Source of the DNA: a virus
Lineage: Duplodnaviria; Caudoviricetes
Length of the DNA stretch: 64,000 nucleotides
Direction: 5' to 3' (one strand)
Virus record (IMG/VR): IMGVR_UViG_3300006922_000005
Positions 47,088-55,576 of this stretch are shown in pieces. Every line of letters begins with the position of its first letter. The first letter of the stretch is position 1. The notes under the pieces are model-generated. The model was not told the origin of the DNA. It saw only the letters and a list, made by a program, of their open reading frames with translations, and ran no database searches. Made by a program: the position numbers and the translations under genes.

Positions 47088-47862
47088 CTACTACCTTTTC
47101 AAAGTCTTTTAAATGTAATGCGTTTGGACCATCACTAGGTGCATTGTCTGGATCATGATGAACTTCTAAAAAGAAATTTCTGACCCCAAGAGCACTCCCA
47201 GCACGAGCCAACCCAGGCACATAATCACGATTGCCGCCGCTACTAGTCCCGTGTCCTCCGGGTTTTTGGACAGAGTGCGTAACATCAAACACGACATCAG
47301 CATCAATATTGTTGAGCATATAGTCAAGACCAGTATAATCCACCACAAGAGTGTTATATCCAAAACTAGTTCCCCTTTCAGTTATCCAAACTTCTTTTGC
47401 ACCTTCTGTTTTTGAAAGTATATTATCAACGTCCCAAGGTGCTAGAAATTGTCCCTTTTTAATATTTACAATCTTTCCTGTTTTACATGCCGCCTGTACT
47501 AGGTCAGTTTGTCTACACAAGAATGCAGGGATTTGTAATACATCTACAATGTCATTATAGTATGCACCTATTTTAAGAATTTCATTTATGTTGTGTACAT
47601 CAGTAACTATCTTAAAAGGATTTTTTACTTTGTCTTTAATAATTGCAAAGTCATCCATAGTTGTTTTAAGACCTAAGCCTCGAATACCCTTTAGATTAGA
47701 ACGATTTGCTTTATCAAAACTTGCTTTAAAAATATATTCAATACCATATTTTCTACAAACACGACTACACTCTACAGCAATTCGTAAACTCTGTTCTAGT
47801 GTTTCATGTTGACATGGTCCTGCTATAATTCTCAATGGTTTCTCCCTCCATCGAACACACAA
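47056..47862 (-). CDS. kdsA: KDO-8-phosphate synthase (real start probably the TTG at LRIIAGPC)
   Basis: IAGPC, FKASFDKANRS, LQIPAFLCRQTDL, NIKKGQF, ERGTSFGY, DVTHSVQKPG, EVHHDPDNAPSDG. Confidence 0.95.
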   Translation of the reverse strand: MCVRWREKPLRIIAGPCQHETLEQSLRIAVECSRVCRKYGIEYIFKASFDKANRSNLKGIRGLGLKTTMDDFAIIKDKVKNPFKIVTDVHNINEILKIGAYYNDIVDVLQIPAFLCRQTDLVQAACKTGKIVNIKKGQFLAPWDVDNILSKTEGAKEVWITERGTSFGYNTLVVDYTGLDYMLNNIDADVVFDVTHSVQKPGGHGTSSGGNRDYVPGLARAGSALGVRNFFLEVHHDPDNAPSDGPNALHLKDFEKVVDEIHRYSYTG

Positions 47863-48161
47863 ATAAAATATAAATCATCATGCATACCTGCATGTACACG
47901 ATGGAATACACCGTCTTTGATTAATACTGTATCACCTGGTTGTACTTTAATTGTTTCATCATCAAGTTCCATTTTACCAACACCTTCAATAAACATATAC
48001 ACTTCTTCTTGTCCGTCGTGTTTATGTCCTCTAGTGCTTTTTCTTCTGTTTAGTCTAGTACTTGATACAACTAAATTATTAAGTTCTGTATTGTCTTTTA
48101 CAATATAGTTTTCATCTTCTTTAACTATTTTGCCTCCGACTCTCCAATGTGTATATCTCAT
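47832..48161 (-). CDS. Cupin-domain protein (start revised to MRYTHW)
   Basis: GHKHDGQEEVYMFIEG...GVFHRV. Confidence 0.85.
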   Translation of the reverse strand: MRYTHWRVGGKIVKEDENYIVKDNTELNNLVVSSTRLNRRKSTRGHKHDGQEEVYMFIEGVGKMELDDETIKVQPGDTVLIKDGVFHRVHAGMHDDLYFICVFDGGRNH

Positions 48162-48162
48162 A

Positions 48163-48633
48163 TTATGCCTCGAGTATAGATCTTCGAGCCTCATAAATTG
48201 CTGAATTAGCACCGTGTTCTGCACACTCAACTCTTACAACATAACAACGATTGTTGCTTTGTTCTCTAATCAGTTTGTCTGCAAAGTTAAAGGCATGTTC
48301 AGCAAACTTCTCTGCACCAACACCATCAAAGACTCTAATCTCTGCAAGGTCAAGTGCTTCAAGTTGTTCCATTACATCCATGTGCGGATCTCGTTTGTCA
48401 ACTGCTACTTTATGATCAAAGTTATCTTCAAGCCATGCTTTGATTTGTTTTAGTCCACCAAAGTCTACTGCCCAATTTTTATTGTCTAGTTCTTTGCAAC
48501 CAAATGTAAATGTAAATGCTAGACTATAACCATGTAACAGATGGCAGTGTGAATGATCTGCGTTAGGTTGTCTGAACACCGCTGATAAACCAATGTTGTG
48601 TCCGTAATGTTTTGTACTATAATGTATTCCCAT
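48163..48633 (-). CDS. queD: 6-carboxy-5,6,7,8-tetrahydropterin synthase QueD/PTPS
   Basis: HCHLLHGYS, VDFGGLK, FDHK, AEKFAE, VECAEH. Confidence 0.88.
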   Translation of the reverse strand: MGIHYSTKHYGHNIGLSAVFRQPNADHSHCHLLHGYSLAFTFTFGCKELDNKNWAVDFGGLKQIKAWLEDNFDHKVAVDKRDPHMDVMEQLEALDLAEIRVFDGVGAEKFAEHAFNFADKLIREQSNNRCYVVRVECAEHGANSAIYEARRSILEA

Positions 48634-48750
48634 AATTTTCTCCTACTTGTATTATTTTATGGGCGGCAGAATTAGAAGGGTTGACGCCAAGTCCTTGATG
48701 TATGTATATATGCCAATTTACCTGTTGGTGAAAATTTTCTATAAACATAG
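48634..48750 (-). ncRNA. Candidate cis-regulatory RNA in the ~115-nt queD leader
   Basis: Stem AAGG/CCTT whose loop GGCG can pair with downstream CGCC (H-type pseudoknot); ACTTG can pair with CAAGT next to the SD AGGAG. Confidence 0.4.
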
Positions 48751-48754
48751 CACT

Positions 48755-48782
48755 ATTATAGCAGATTATTTGTTTTTGTCAA
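48755..48782 (-). promoter_or_regulatory. sigma70 promoter of the queD operon
   Basis: TTGACA-N16-TATAAT with an extended -10 TG. Confidence 0.8.
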
Positions 48783-49383
48783 TAAGTTTTTTTAAATTTT
48801 CGTAATTATCGATAAAAAAATTATCAAAATGATCCCATTGTTCTGGTGGTTCCCATTCGTCAGGCTGTATTTGTAAAAACTTTATATTAGGATAGTGTTC
48901 AAACAGTTTAGCAGTTTGATATATCCAATAACTAGGATCAGTAGCAGGCTTATCTTGATTGTTATAATTATCTGTGCTTTTATATACGTTATTAAATGTG
49001 TTATTATTACCCCATAAATCAAATCCTAGCATCACTACATACTCAGGTTGAATAGTACATGCCAAGTTTAATGCATGTCCTCCACTTCCCCAATGCCACG
49101 GATCGTCTTGTCGCTTTTCGCCTTGGTATGGAAGTTCTGGTAAGCACAATACATTACGCCAAAAACTAAATTGCTTGTACCAATCGCTTCTAGTGTGTAC
49201 AGGATTTTCGTATGAATTGTTTACTGCTTCTTGTACCATACGTCTGTCACAGCAAACTAATTGATCTGGATGAAAGTCTCTATGAACAGCATTAGTTCCA
49301 ATAGTACTTCCTAACCATTCCAATGTATACAGGTCAAAATTCTTACGGCTTTCCCCGTTGCCTATAACGGTAACATACTTCAT
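48766..49383 (-). CDS. Hypothetical protein, Rossmann-like GNG motif (MptE/DUF115- or glycosyltransferase-like)
   Basis: VTVIGNGESRK, IGTNAVHRD, MLGFDL; TAAATA-N5-ATG. Confidence 0.6.
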   Translation of the reverse strand: MKYVTVIGNGESRKNFDLYTLEWLGSTIGTNAVHRDFHPDQLVCCDRRMVQEAVNNSYENPVHTRSDWYKQFSFWRNVLCLPELPYQGEKRQDDPWHWGSGGHALNLACTIQPEYVVMLGFDLWGNNNTFNNVYKSTDNYNNQDKPATDPSYWIYQTAKLFEHYPNIKFLQIQPDEWEPPEQWDHFDNFFIDNYENLKKLIDKNK

Positions 49384-49391
49384 AAGTGTAT

Positions 49392-49730
49392 TTACTTGCC
49401 GCGAATGTCTTTGACTAAGTTTTTAATATCACGTATTTCGGATAATACGGTTTGAACATTTAATTCTGCTTTTGCTGTTCTGTCTGCAATAGTGCCAATA
49501 GTATGTACTGTCCAAAACCACCATGTAACAGCCGTCATAGCAAATACACCTGCACCAATGCCGGCAATAATTTGCCAATCGATTGATCCAAAGTACCATA
49601 ATACTATTCCGATTATAATATATAAGATAGGCGATACCTTAGCGTACAAGTCCCACCATCGTACATCACGTTTGATCTTATCAGGCTCGTTTTGAAAATT
49701 TTTAAAAATTATTGTCTTATTATTGCTCAT
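49392..49730 (-). CDS. Two-TM membrane protein, 112 aa (start revised to MSNNKT)
   Basis: TAAATA-N5-ATG at 49730; the longer ORF-track start overlaps the upstream gene. Confidence 0.7.
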   Translation of the reverse strand: MSNNKTIIFKNFQNEPDKIKRDVRWWDLYAKVSPILYIIIGIVLWYFGSIDWQIIAGIGAGVFAMTAVTWWFWTVHTIGTIADRTAKAELNVQTVLSEIRDIKNLVKDIRGK

Positions 49731-49773
49731 ATCAATATTTATCTTTTCTAATAAAATTATTAATATGGCAGTA

Positions 49774-50871
49774 TTATGTTCCGATAAATCCCCATGGTGA
49801 CCAGTTACCCGGTGTACCACTGGCTGTACATACCCAACCAATGGGAGCAGTATTTTTTGGATTTTCATTCCACACTGTGTCACCTTTGTTCCAGTGTCCG
49901 TTAGTTGGCGGCTTGTCCGCAACCATAAACAAACGATTTTGAAAACGTATGTTACCTGCAACTTCTAAATCCTCTGAAGGATTTTTTACACCAATGCCTA
50001 GTTTACCGTAAACACGATGTGTACTGCTAGTATTGCCTTCTTGACCAATTGTAACATCACCATTAAAACTTACTTTAATACGTGCTTGGTCATCTGTTAT
50101 TATACGTAAATTTTTATTATTATATGTTCCAATTTTAGCATCACCATCCTCAGCATCAATAATAATATTAGTGTCATTAGCAAAGTTATATACTGCTAAA
50201 TCGCCTGCAGGTTTATCTGTACCAATACCTAGTCTATCTAAGTTGGGATCAAAGAACAATGTTTCAGCAACACTTAGACGTCCTGCAACATTTAAATTAC
50301 GTAAAGTGCCTACTTCTTGTAAACTACTTTTACGAACAGTTCCGCCTAGTGTATCAAATGATAATACATCATTGCCGTCAATCATAAACGAACGATCTTT
50401 ATGTATGTCTATAGGTTCGGTAGACCAAAATCTATCTGGATTGTTTTTGTAAATGAATTGTTTACTATATTTGCCACCACTCCATAAGAAGCCTGTGCCA
50501 ACATTTGATTTACGTTTGTTTTTGTGTGTGAATTCTATAAACTGACGTTCTGTTTTTTCATCAGCAATAAGTTCTTTAGTAACAAGACTGTCAACTTCTA
50601 GTGTACCTTTTACATGAACATTACCAACAAAGTCTGCGTTACCTTGTACTTGTATATCGCCCATAAGTGCATTAGTTTTAATCTTATCAACAACAACAAA
50701 TCCGTCCATTATAGTTAAAACAGTTGCAGTTGCTTTGTCTAGTATACCTACAGAACTAAAATCTTGTAGTGGGCCACCTTTGATCCATTCCCCGTTAAAC
50801 TCGCCTGATTTTAAATCAAGTTGTTCAACTCTAATCCCTTCGGGTTTGTCACCAAAAGTGGCCACAGGCAT
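49774..50871 (-). CDS. Putative virion/fibre-like protein
   Basis: beta-repeat-like RLGIGT..P, KLGIGVKNPSEDLEVAGNIR; C-terminal GWVCTASGTPGNW. Confidence 0.55.
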   Translation of the reverse strand: MPVATFGDKPEGIRVEQLDLKSGEFNGEWIKGGPLQDFSSVGILDKATATVLTIMDGFVVVDKIKTNALMGDIQVQGNADFVGNVHVKGTLEVDSLVTKELIADEKTERQFIEFTHKNKRKSNVGTGFLWSGGKYSKQFIYKNNPDRFWSTEPIDIHKDRSFMIDGNDVLSFDTLGGTVRKSSLQEVGTLRNLNVAGRLSVAETLFFDPNLDRLGIGTDKPAGDLAVYNFANDTNIIIDAEDGDAKIGTYNNKNLRIITDDQARIKVSFNGDVTIGQEGNTSSTHRVYGKLGIGVKNPSEDLEVAGNIRFQNRLFMVADKPPTNGHWNKGDTVWNENPKNTAPIGWVCTASGTPGNWSPWGFIGT

Positions 50872-51098
50872 TAAACTATCTCCTCGACTATTCCTAGCAC
50901 TTCTGCTAAAAATAATACTGCTCCTCCGAGCATTAATAAAAAGCCTGAATCAGCAATAAAAATATCAGTGTACTCATTTGCTGTCCATAAAATATATCCT
51001 GCAACTGCCATTAGGCCTGATGCTATAAATCTAAATATACTTTTTACAATACTAACTGCAAAGTGTCCTTTGCTAGGGTCTTTGTTTGCTATATTCAT
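50871..51098 (-). CDS. Small two-TM membrane protein
   Basis: 75 aa, hydrophobic. Confidence 0.7.
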   Translation of the reverse strand: MNIANKDPSKGHFAVSIVKSIFRFIASGLMAVAGYILWTANEYTDIFIADSGFLLMLGGAVLFLAEVLGIVEEIV

Positions 51099-51100
51099 AT

Positions 51101-51694
51101 TTAATCCCTTCTTTCGAAGATCTCATCAATTAGACCATAATCAAGTGCTTCTTGTGCAGTCATAAACTTATCACGTTCCATGTCATTACTTAATTCATCA
51201 AATGTTTTTCCTTTAGAATTATGTTTTTCATAAATGTGTGTAAGTTCTTTTTTCAACTTAATAATTTCTTCTGCATGAATTTGAATATCAGTTGCTTGTC
51301 CACTAGCACCACCACTTGGTTGATGTATCATGTGTCTAGCATGTGGTAACATATAACGTTTACCTGGCTCTCCTGCTTGTGCAAGTAGACTACCCATTGA
51401 ACATGCTTGTCCCATTACGTAAGTCCACACAGGTGATTTGATGTATTGCATAGTATCATATATTGCCATACCACTGCTTACTACACCCCCTGGTGAATTA
51501 ATATAAAAGTTAATTGGTTTATCACGGTTTTGTGATTCCAATAAAATCAATTGTGCTGTAACTGTGTGTGCTACTGCATCATGAACTGGACCGTTTAGAA
51601 AAACAATTCGTTCTTTTAATAGTCTTGAAAAGATGTCATATGCTCTTTCGCCATTCTGTTCTTTTTCAACGACCATTGGGATTAGGTTACTCAT
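51101..51694 (-). CDS. clpP: ATP-dependent Clp protease proteolytic subunit
   Basis: [41 protein letters not shown]. Confidence 0.96.
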   Translation of the reverse strand: MSNLIPMVVEKEQNGERAYDIFSRLLKERIVFLNGPVHDAVAHTVTAQLILLESQNRDKPINFYINSPGGVVSSGMAIYDTMQYIKSPVWTYVMGQACSMGSLLAQAGEPGKRYMLPHARHMIHQPSGGASGQATDIQIHAEEIIKLKKELTHIYEKHNSKGKTFDELSNDMERDKFMTAQEALDYGLIDEIFERRD

Positions 51695-52953
51695 TAATAT
51701 ACTCCTATCAGTATTGTTTCTGGGTTTATTCTACCATTCATCATAGTAGGGGTTGTTGTAAGTTTCTCAATCCAGTTTTCAAACTTTTTACGTGTATTGA
51801 GATTCTTGACTTCTTGTAATTGCTCCATAGGTTTTCGTAGAGTCCACCATACGCTTTCTTTTTCTTTATAGCGTTGTAGTGTTTGACCTTTAAGAGCCAA
51901 TCCACTTCCTTCTCTACCAGTTCCTGTTGGATCTTCCATGTTAGTATAGTATATTCCAAGTTTTCTATTCTTGCTATTAAACACAACAAGACATGTTGCT
52001 CCAATTAGTTTGTGTGGAAGAATACTTGAAATTGCGTATTTCTCATCGGAAATTTTATATTTTAGTTTTTCAGTAAGTTTTTCAGGTGACTTTCTGCTTA
52101 TTTTTCTAGGCTTTCTATTTGCTTTACTTTCTGCAATAATAGCATCACATGCACTAATAATAGAAACCATAAAGTCGTATAGTTTTTTAATATCTTTTTT
52201 GTCGTAGTGTGCATATGCTTCTTTTAGTTGTTTAGCATAATCTTTTTCTTGTTCTGAAAACTTAGAAGTATCAGGTGGATTTAATAATTCATTGTATTCG
52301 CTAATTGCTAATTCGTAAAATGCAGTTATATTTCTAGCATGTGGTTGTTTACATTGTAGTTGACGCAACTTTTGTAGGGGTTTAATCGCCTTAAAATCTT
52401 TAATCTTTTTATCTGTAAAATCATCTAATGCTTGTTCAAAGTCTCCTACCATTATAGCAACTTGATCTCTTATACGTTCTTGTATAGTAGGTTTGTGTAC
52501 TTTATCTTCTTTCTTTTGTTCTTCTTCTTTTTCTTCTACAATGTCTTGTGCAATATTAAGTATTTCACTTAACCATTTATTAATGTATTCTGAATGAGGC
52601 TTTGGAGTTCCCATTGTACCTGGAAGACTTTCCCAGTATTCATTATACTTTTGATGTACATTTGGCATACCTTGTTTTGTTAGATTACAAAGGCAACCTA
52701 ATGTACTATTAAATCTATTCTCAGGTGCTTTAGTAAGAATGTTATATTGGTCTTTCCATTCGTCACTAGTCTTTACCCAATCTAATGTATATCTTTTAAA
52801 ATCGCTATTCTTCTTTTCTAAACGATAATATTGAAATGCATGATCCTTGCATCTGCTAAAGTAGGCACCATCCCACTCTGCACTGTCCTTAAAATCAGGT
52901 ACGGATGCACTCTTCGGTCTTTTAACAAGTTGTTTTCTTTTTGCCATCAGCAT
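51694..52953 (-). CDS. Large helical hypothetical protein
   Basis: 419 aa behind a sigma70 promoter. Confidence 0.8.
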   Translation of the reverse strand: MLMAKRKQLVKRPKSASVPDFKDSAEWDGAYFSRCKDHAFQYYRLEKKNSDFKRYTLDWVKTSDEWKDQYNILTKAPENRFNSTLGCLCNLTKQGMPNVHQKYNEYWESLPGTMGTPKPHSEYINKWLSEILNIAQDIVEEKEEEQKKEDKVHKPTIQERIRDQVAIMVGDFEQALDDFTDKKIKDFKAIKPLQKLRQLQCKQPHARNITAFYELAISEYNELLNPPDTSKFSEQEKDYAKQLKEAYAHYDKKDIKKLYDFMVSIISACDAIIAESKANRKPRKISRKSPEKLTEKLKYKISDEKYAISSILPHKLIGATCLVVFNSKNRKLGIYYTNMEDPTGTGREGSGLALKGQTLQRYKEKESVWWTLRKPMEQLQEVKNLNTRKKFENWIEKLTTTPTMMNGRINPETILIGVY

Positions 52954-52979
52954 AAAACTCCAAATAAAGTATTGTTTAA

Positions 52980-53008
52980 ATTATATATAGTCTTTTTAAA
53001 AAAAGCAA
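52980..53008 (-). promoter_or_regulatory. sigma70-type promoter
   Basis: TTGCTT-N17-TATAAT. Confidence 0.65.
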
Positions 53009-53050
53009 GAGGTTTTATGAGTGAAATTGCTCAATTGTAAGGATTTGTTA

Positions 53051-53290
53051 CTATTTGTCGAAGTAAAACTTAGAACCCCATGAAGATTTAATCTTGTTGA
53101 GGATTGATGCATTACAACCAATAACCTTCTGTGTTGAATTACTATCAATAACAGTATTGTATTTGATCCAAGTCCAGAACTGAACAAAGTCTGCGTCAGT
53201 TGTTTCAGGCTTTGCTACTACTTTATATCTGTTGATTACAGGTATTTCAATAGTAAGTTTGCCTTTGTTGGTTTGTAATTGTGCTTTCAT
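53051..53290 (-). CDS. Hypothetical protein
   Basis: 79 aa. Confidence 0.65.
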   Translation of the reverse strand: MKAQLQTNKGKLTIEIPVINRYKVVAKPETTDADFVQFWTWIKYNTVIDSNSTQKVIGCNASILNKIKSSWGSKFYFDK

Positions 53291-53686
53291 TTATGTTGCT
53301 TTGCCTTCGCTAGACACAGGACCAAAGTTTGCACCTGGCATCACAATACATGCAAAATCTGGAGCAGGCATTATAACAATCGAAACTGAAAAGGTTTTTG
53401 GGTTTGCCCAAATAACCATTGGTCCTCTAAGAAACTGCCCATTTGGTAAACCCCATGTAACTAATGCTTGTGCTGTCGGTATTTCACCGTGTTTTCTCAG
53501 TAGTGCTTCAACAATCTCAGCAGGTCCGCAATCAACCAAAATAGGTAACTTCATTACCTGTGCATTAGGTTGTTGTTGAGGAGTTGGTGTTTCCTGTGTT
53601 TCCTGAGCAGTTAATTGGGTGAACATTGCACCGGAAAGCAATATTGCTCCGATGGTTAATCCTAAAGTTTTTAATAAGTGTTTCAT
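53291..53686 (-). CDS. Secreted/periplasmic protein with signal peptide and two Cys
   Basis: MKHLLK + hydrophobic core + AQE; TAAATA-N5-ATG. Confidence 0.7.
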   Translation of the reverse strand: MKHLLKTLGLTIGAILLSGAMFTQLTAQETQETPTPQQQPNAQVMKLPILVDCGPAEIVEALLRKHGEIPTAQALVTWGLPNGQFLRGPMVIWANPKTFSVSIVIMPAPDFACIVMPGANFGPVSSEGKAT

Positions 53687-53698
53687 AATGTTATTTAG

Positions 53699-53788
53699 TG
53701 GCGGAAGGACTGGGATTCGAACCCAGGGAAGAGTTACCCCTTCGTCGGTTTAGTAAACCGGTGCTTTAAGCCGCTCAGCCATCCTTCC
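53699..53788 (-). tRNA. tRNA-Ser, anticodon ACT
   Basis: GGAAGGA/TCCTTCC acceptor, G73, encoded CCA, long variable arm GAAGGG-GTAA-CTCTTC, T-loop TTCGAAT, anticodon arm CGGT-TTACTAA-ACCG. Confidence 0.92.
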
Positions 53789-53794
53789 ACAAGT

Positions 53795-53887
53795 CTAACT
53801 TATGGTGATCATCCACGGCTCTCCGTAGATTAAAACATGTATACTATTAACAACGAGTGCAACTCCTAACATTTCTAAGTATCCCAT
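53795..53887 (-). CDS. 30-aa hydrophobic peptide (not in ORF track)
   Basis: MGYLEMLGVALVVNSIHVLIYGEPWMITIS; TAATG coupling. Confidence 0.45.
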   Translation of the reverse strand: MGYLEMLGVALVVNSIHVLIYGEPWMITIS

Positions 53888-54123
53888 TACCTTTTTTCTT
53901 TCCTTATATTAACTTCTTGCTTGTGTACTACAAACTTTTCTATTTGAGACGGTTGTTTCACTAACCATCCGCCTTCATTAACAACAAAGACATCCCCAGG
54001 TTTGTATAACCAGTGGTCTTTAGGCTTACCTTCTTTACTAAACCCCATTACTTCTCCGGGCCAGTCTCCTGCAATTCTAAAGTTTTTACCAAATTGTTCT
54101 ACAGTGTAATCAAGCCACATCAT
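53887..54123 (-). CDS. Hypothetical protein
   Basis: 78 aa, ATGA overlap. Confidence 0.7.
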   Translation of the reverse strand: MMWLDYTVEQFGKNFRIAGDWPGEVMGFSKEGKPKDHWLYKPGDVFVVNEGGWLVKQPSQIEKFVVHKQEVNIRKEKR

Positions 54124-54308
54124 AGATCAATCTCGTTTATTTGTATACAAATTGCTTGGGTTGACAGATTAAAGTTTCCATTTCCTTTACCTACTTGTTC
54201 ACTTAACATATCCCTCATACGAAAACATTCGTCCATAGTTCCTGGTAAGTCAACAACTGTACTAAAGGCCAATCCTGCTTCTATCCATATATAAACTAGA
54301 TACCACAT
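54120..54308 (-). CDS. Small hypothetical protein with two Cys
   Basis: 62 aa. Confidence 0.65.
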   Translation of the reverse strand: MWYLVYIWIEAGLAFSTVVDLPGTMDECFRMRDMLSEQVGKGNGNFNLSTQAICIQINEIDL

Positions 54309-54469
54309 TAAACAGTTTCCTTGCTTGAGTGTATCAAACCGTAAACTTCGATTAAGTTACTGATTTGTGTAGCAAGGTGTGGCCATTTTTCTGTAAGTGT
54401 TTCTGCAAAACTATTACGTTCTTCAATTGACATTCTTGCGAATTGTTCAACTAGTGTATTAGTATCCAT
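54308..54469 (-). CDS. 53-aa hypothetical early protein (not in ORF track)
   Basis: MDTNTLVEQFARMSIEERNSFAETLTEKWPHLATQISNLIEVYGLIHSSKETV; SD AAGGAG; TAATG coupling. Confidence 0.7.
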   Translation of the reverse strand: MDTNTLVEQFARMSIEERNSFAETLTEKWPHLATQISNLIEVYGLIHSSKETV

Positions 54470-54495
54470 TTGTTTACTCCTTATTGTGTAAGTTT

Positions 54496-54524
54496 AATAT
54501 ACTACAAAAAGTAATGTTTGTCAA
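54496..54524 (-). promoter_or_regulatory. sigma70-type promoter
   Basis: TTGACA-N17-TATATT. Confidence 0.8.
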
Positions 54525-54528
54525 CCTA

Positions 54529-54810
54529 TTATAGATATTCAACTTGTCCTGTAACTGTGTACATCTTTTTAAGAATTGATTCCACATCACTTTCAGTCAA
54601 AAAACCCTTCACAGTATCACCTTCTTCAGTGATGCCTGGCATTTCTACTTGTCCGTCACCTTTGAAGACAGCAATCTCATATAAGCCTTGGCGTCCGCCA
54701 TAACTTACTTCATTCTGTATAATTGACAGATCATATCCACCAAAGCGTACTTTGGCTTGTATGCCTTTAGGAATTAATGTTTCATTAAATGTTATATCAT
54801 TAAAAGTCAT
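54529..54810 (-). CDS. Hypothetical protein
   Basis: 93 aa; SYGGRQGLYEIAVF. Confidence 0.7.
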   Translation of the reverse strand: MTFNDITFNETLIPKGIQAKVRFGGYDLSIIQNEVSYGGRQGLYEIAVFKGDGQVEMPGITEEGDTVKGFLTESDVESILKKMYTVTGQVEYL

Positions 54811-55225
54811 TATCCTCTTCTCCTTCGTCTAGATCTTCTCTTAATTGTTTTAGTTGTTCGGTAGTCATATTATTAACTTCACCGATACTTTTTTGTAATT
54901 TTACTGCATCTGGATGATCTGCATACACACCACCTTTTTCAAAATCACGTTCGTCTAGGATAGGACCTTTAGAGTCACTATCACGCATCATCTGAGTAAA
55001 TTCTTCAAGTAAGCGATCTTTAATAAAAGTTTCTAAATTCATACTATTCTTTTTATGACGATCACTTTCTATTTCTATATCTAAATCACTGACAATAGGT
55101 GTATGTGCATCGCACCACATCATTGGTAATCCGTCTTCACCATAATAAACTTCTACAATTTCATACCAAAACAAATCCGGAGAATCTTTTTGGTAACGGC
55201 GCATTATTCTAAAGTTCCAAGTCAT
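54800..55225 (-). CDS. Hypothetical protein
   Basis: 141 aa; MTWNFRIMR N-terminus. Confidence 0.7.
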   Translation of the reverse strand: MTWNFRIMRRYQKDSPDLFWYEIVEVYYGEDGLPMMWCDAHTPIVSDLDIEIESDRHKKNSMNLETFIKDRLLEEFTQMMRDSDSKGPILDERDFEKGGVYADHPDAVKLQKSIGEVNNMTTEQLKQLREDLDEGEEDNDF

Positions 55226-55374
55226 TTTGTTATCTCTCTAATTTTTAATTTATAATCGTACATCGAGTTGTGTCCATTAAATTTAATAAGACAGTCTGTT
55301 ATGGTATAGTTTTTCCATCGTACTGTTTGTCCTGATGGGTATGTAACTTCGTATGTTCTTACTACGGTATCCAT
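55222..55374 (-). CDS. 50-aa hypothetical protein (start revised to MDTVVR, downstream of tRNA-Leu)
   Basis: The ORF-track extension overlaps the tRNA. Confidence 0.55.
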   Translation of the reverse strand: MDTVVRTYEVTYPSGQTVRWKNYTITDCLIKFNGHNSMYDYKLKIREITK

Positions 55375-55398
55375 TAAGTTTGTCCTATATAGTTGCGT

Positions 55399-55485
55399 TG
55401 GTACGGACGGCGAGACTCGAACTCGCACGAACATGTGTTCTCAAGATTTTAAGTCTTGTGTGTCTACCTATTCCACCACGTCCGC
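55399..55485 (-). tRNA. tRNA-Leu, anticodon TAA
   Basis: GCGGACG/CGTCCGT acceptor, A73, CCA, CAAGA-CTTAAAA-TCTTG, long variable arm. Confidence 0.95.
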
Positions 55486-55547
55486 GGCTAACGCCTTTAA
55501 TTAATTTGATTGTATTGCTCCCTAGGGAAATGTGTTACTGTTTATAT

Positions 55548-55576
55548 ACTATACTATCGAATGATATAGATGTCAA
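55548..55576 (-). promoter_or_regulatory. sigma70-type promoter for tRNA-Leu and downstream genes
   Basis: TTGACA-N17-TATAGT. Confidence 0.8.

Noticed and set aside
48163-48633. A complete 7-deazaguanine DNA-modification system
   Set aside because: Only queD is present; folE, queE, queC and dpdA are not in this window, so the pathway cannot be claimed.
48634-48750. Canonical preQ1-I riboswitch
   Set aside because: It lacks the UUC ligand loop and the A-rich tail directly after P1. Retained only as a novel candidate.
49731-49961. N-terminal 77 aa of ORF 49392..49961
   Set aside because: It overlaps the upstream gene; the TAAATA-N5-ATG at 49730 marks the likely start.
53740-53762. Reading the tRNA-Ser loop as CTA (amber suppressor), implying TAG recoding
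   Set aside because: The stem pairs only with the loop TTACTAA (anticodon ACT). TAG is used as a normal stop (13471, 53795) and the long genes are intact in code 11.
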